NCBI GenBank assembly: GCA_039621445.1 | Contig: CP154954.1 | Span: forward strand, 11,180,923-11,200,922 | Origin: Euglena gracilis | Lineage: Eukaryota | Reading direction: 5' to 3' | Length of the DNA stretch: 20,000 bases | In this document: positions 18,752 to 20,000 of the stretch, one piece after another | Numbering within the stretch: position 1 is the stretch's first letter | Layout of the letters: each line of letters opens with the position of its first letter | Position numbers and translations under genes: made by a program | The notes under the pieces: generated by a model | The model's input: the letters and a program-made list of their open reading frames with translations, nothing else | Databases searched by the model: none | Told to the model about the DNA's origin: nothing

Positions 18752-20000
18752 TCAAAAACTTGTCATGGAAACATCAATGTTATGCTTCTTGTTCCACAGC
18801 TTCCAATCTTGCTGGACATACCCAACAAAACTGGTTGCTGGTTCCCAAGTGTCCTCCTCGGGCCCATACCCTCTCCAGCGGACCTTCCAAAGGTGCATAT
18901 CTTTGTCGATTTTGTGATCGATAATTTTTTCGACTACAAAGTCGTCCGTCTCAGGTAATCTGGAACGGGGTTTGAAGTGCAAACACGGGATGGGTTTCCC
19001 ATCCGGTGGCGACAGGTATGGCTTGAAGTCGTCCATATGAACGTCCTCAACACCATTCAGTAATGCAACCTTGTAACGCCCGCTGGTACCTAGTCTTTCT
19101 AACATTTCACAGGGGCCGAGCCAGAGGGGGTCCAGCTTGGAAGACTGCATGCGAGTACGGTTTTTCCGCACCCACACGCGGTCACCGGGACTATACACAG
19201 GTGACTTGAAATTCTGCAAAAACGATTTCCGTTTGGTTGCATGAATATCAGTCACGCGCTTCTGCACTGCAGAACGTAAATTTTCTACTTCCGCAAACCA
19301 GGTCTCGCAACTGACACTCGTTCGGGCGGGTCTCTCCGAAGGGACATCCCCTATTGCTGGAGGGTCCCGTCCGAAAACTAATTTATAGGGGGAGTGAGGT
19401 AAAACCAACCCTGGTAGGGTATAAAACAAAGACCATGGTAGAACTGATATCCAGTTGCTGCGCGAGTCAGCCAGTGAAAGGCGAAGCATATTCACGACGG
19501 ATTTCACGGCAGCCTCGCCTCTACCATTGCCTTTGGGTCGGTATATAATGGAAAAATGTTGCTCGATTCCGAGTAAACCGCACAAAGTGGTGAAAAACCT
19601 TGAAGAAATCAAATGGTCTTGATCACTCACGATTTCATTCGGTAAACCCATTAAGCAAACGCATTTCTCCAAAAACATAGTTGCCAAACTTTGGGCAGTC
19701 AACCCTGACTTCTGCCATGGAATGGCTACAATGTACCCACTCAGCCTGCAGACGACAACAAAAATGTAATTGTAAATTCTGTCGTCCGTTCCTTTGCACG
19801 GTTCTAATTCCAGAAAATCCATGCAGAGGGATGTAAAAATGTCAGGGGGTACAGGGAAAAAGTCCATCGTACCAGGGGGGGTACCTCTGCGGGGCTTTAC
19901 CGCTTGACAAATTTGACACCGTTGCGCTATTCGCAAACAGCGTGAGTAAAGCTCTTTCTCGCTCAGGGTTGTGCAATACCTGCGGCCCACCACGAAAGAA
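18752..20000 (-). CDS. pol: Pol C-terminus of copy C: integrase core, GPY/F-like motif and chromodomain (5' partial)
   Basis: CQICQ; D-D-E in CMDF / IVSDQD / GNGRGEAAV; YSPGDRVWV...KLDPLWLGPC; chromodomain FVVEKIIDHK...WKVRWRGYGPEEDTWEP. Stop TGA at 18752-18754. Confidence 0.95.
   Translation of the reverse strand, partial: SFVVGRRYCTTLSEKELYSRCLRIAQRCQICQAVKPRRGTPPGTMDFFPVPPDIFTSLCMDFLELEPCKGTDDRIYNYIFVVVCRLSGYIVAIPWQKSGLTAQSLATMFLEKCVCLMGLPNEIVSDQDHLISSRFFTTLCGLLGIEQHFSIIYRPKGNGRGEAAVKSVVNMLRLSLADSRSNWISVLPWSLFYTLPGLVLPHSPYKLVFGRDPPAIGDVPSERPARTSVSCETWFAEVENLRSAVQKRVTDIHATKRKSFLQNFKSPVYSPGDRVWVRKNRTRMQSSKLDPLWLGPCEMLERLGTSGRYKVALLNGVEDVHMDDFKPYLSPPDGKPIPCLHFKPRSRLPETDDFVVEKIIDHKIDKDMHLWKVRWRGYGPEEDTWEPATSFVGYVQQDWKLWNKKHNIDVSMTSF

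Larger units (their letters stand above)
11820..20000 (-). mobile_element. Ty3/Gypsy-like copy C, 3' half: integrase-chromodomain, giant extra ORF, PPT, 3' LTR
   Basis: Integrase aligns with that of copy A (1..750 versus ~19260..20000). A colinear minus-strand ORF, PPT and TG...CA-bounded segment follow with no visible junction. Confidence 0.85.

Noticed and set aside
18716-18753. Hairpin CATGGG-AAA-CCCATG plus a T-run after the pol stop, resembling a bacterial intrinsic terminator
   Set aside because: The context is a eukaryotic LTR retrotransposon whose genomic RNA must continue to the 3' LTR. The T-run fits a polypyrimidine tract better.

Overview
Eukaryotic repeat DNA made entirely of three nested or rearranged copies of one large Ty3/Gypsy-type (chromodomain-integrase) LTR retrotransposon family; no host gene is evident. 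Copy A (1..7590, minus) and copy B (7592..11817, plus) form a spacer-less palindrome centred on 7591 whose arms are about 95% identical by hand count. Copy B is cut inside its protease by the 3' LTR (11820..12250) of copy C, which runs on the minus strand off the right edge. The reconstructed element is unusual in four ways: (i) a long coiled-coil-like ORF0 or Gag extension; (ii) gag and pol in the same frame, separated by one TAG followed by a strong stem-loop (candidate programmed readthrough); (iii) a Dam/N6-adenine-methyltransferase-like domain between protease and RT; (iv) a ~1,800-codon sense-strand extra ORF between integrase-chromodomain and the PPT/3' LTR, preceded by a splice-acceptor-like signal, not Env-like, and with two similar Cys/His modules. 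Points i-iii come from copies A/B and point iv from copy C; they are linked only by integrase similarity. All copies carry stops and frameshifts. Domain calls come from recognising motifs by eye; no searches were run.
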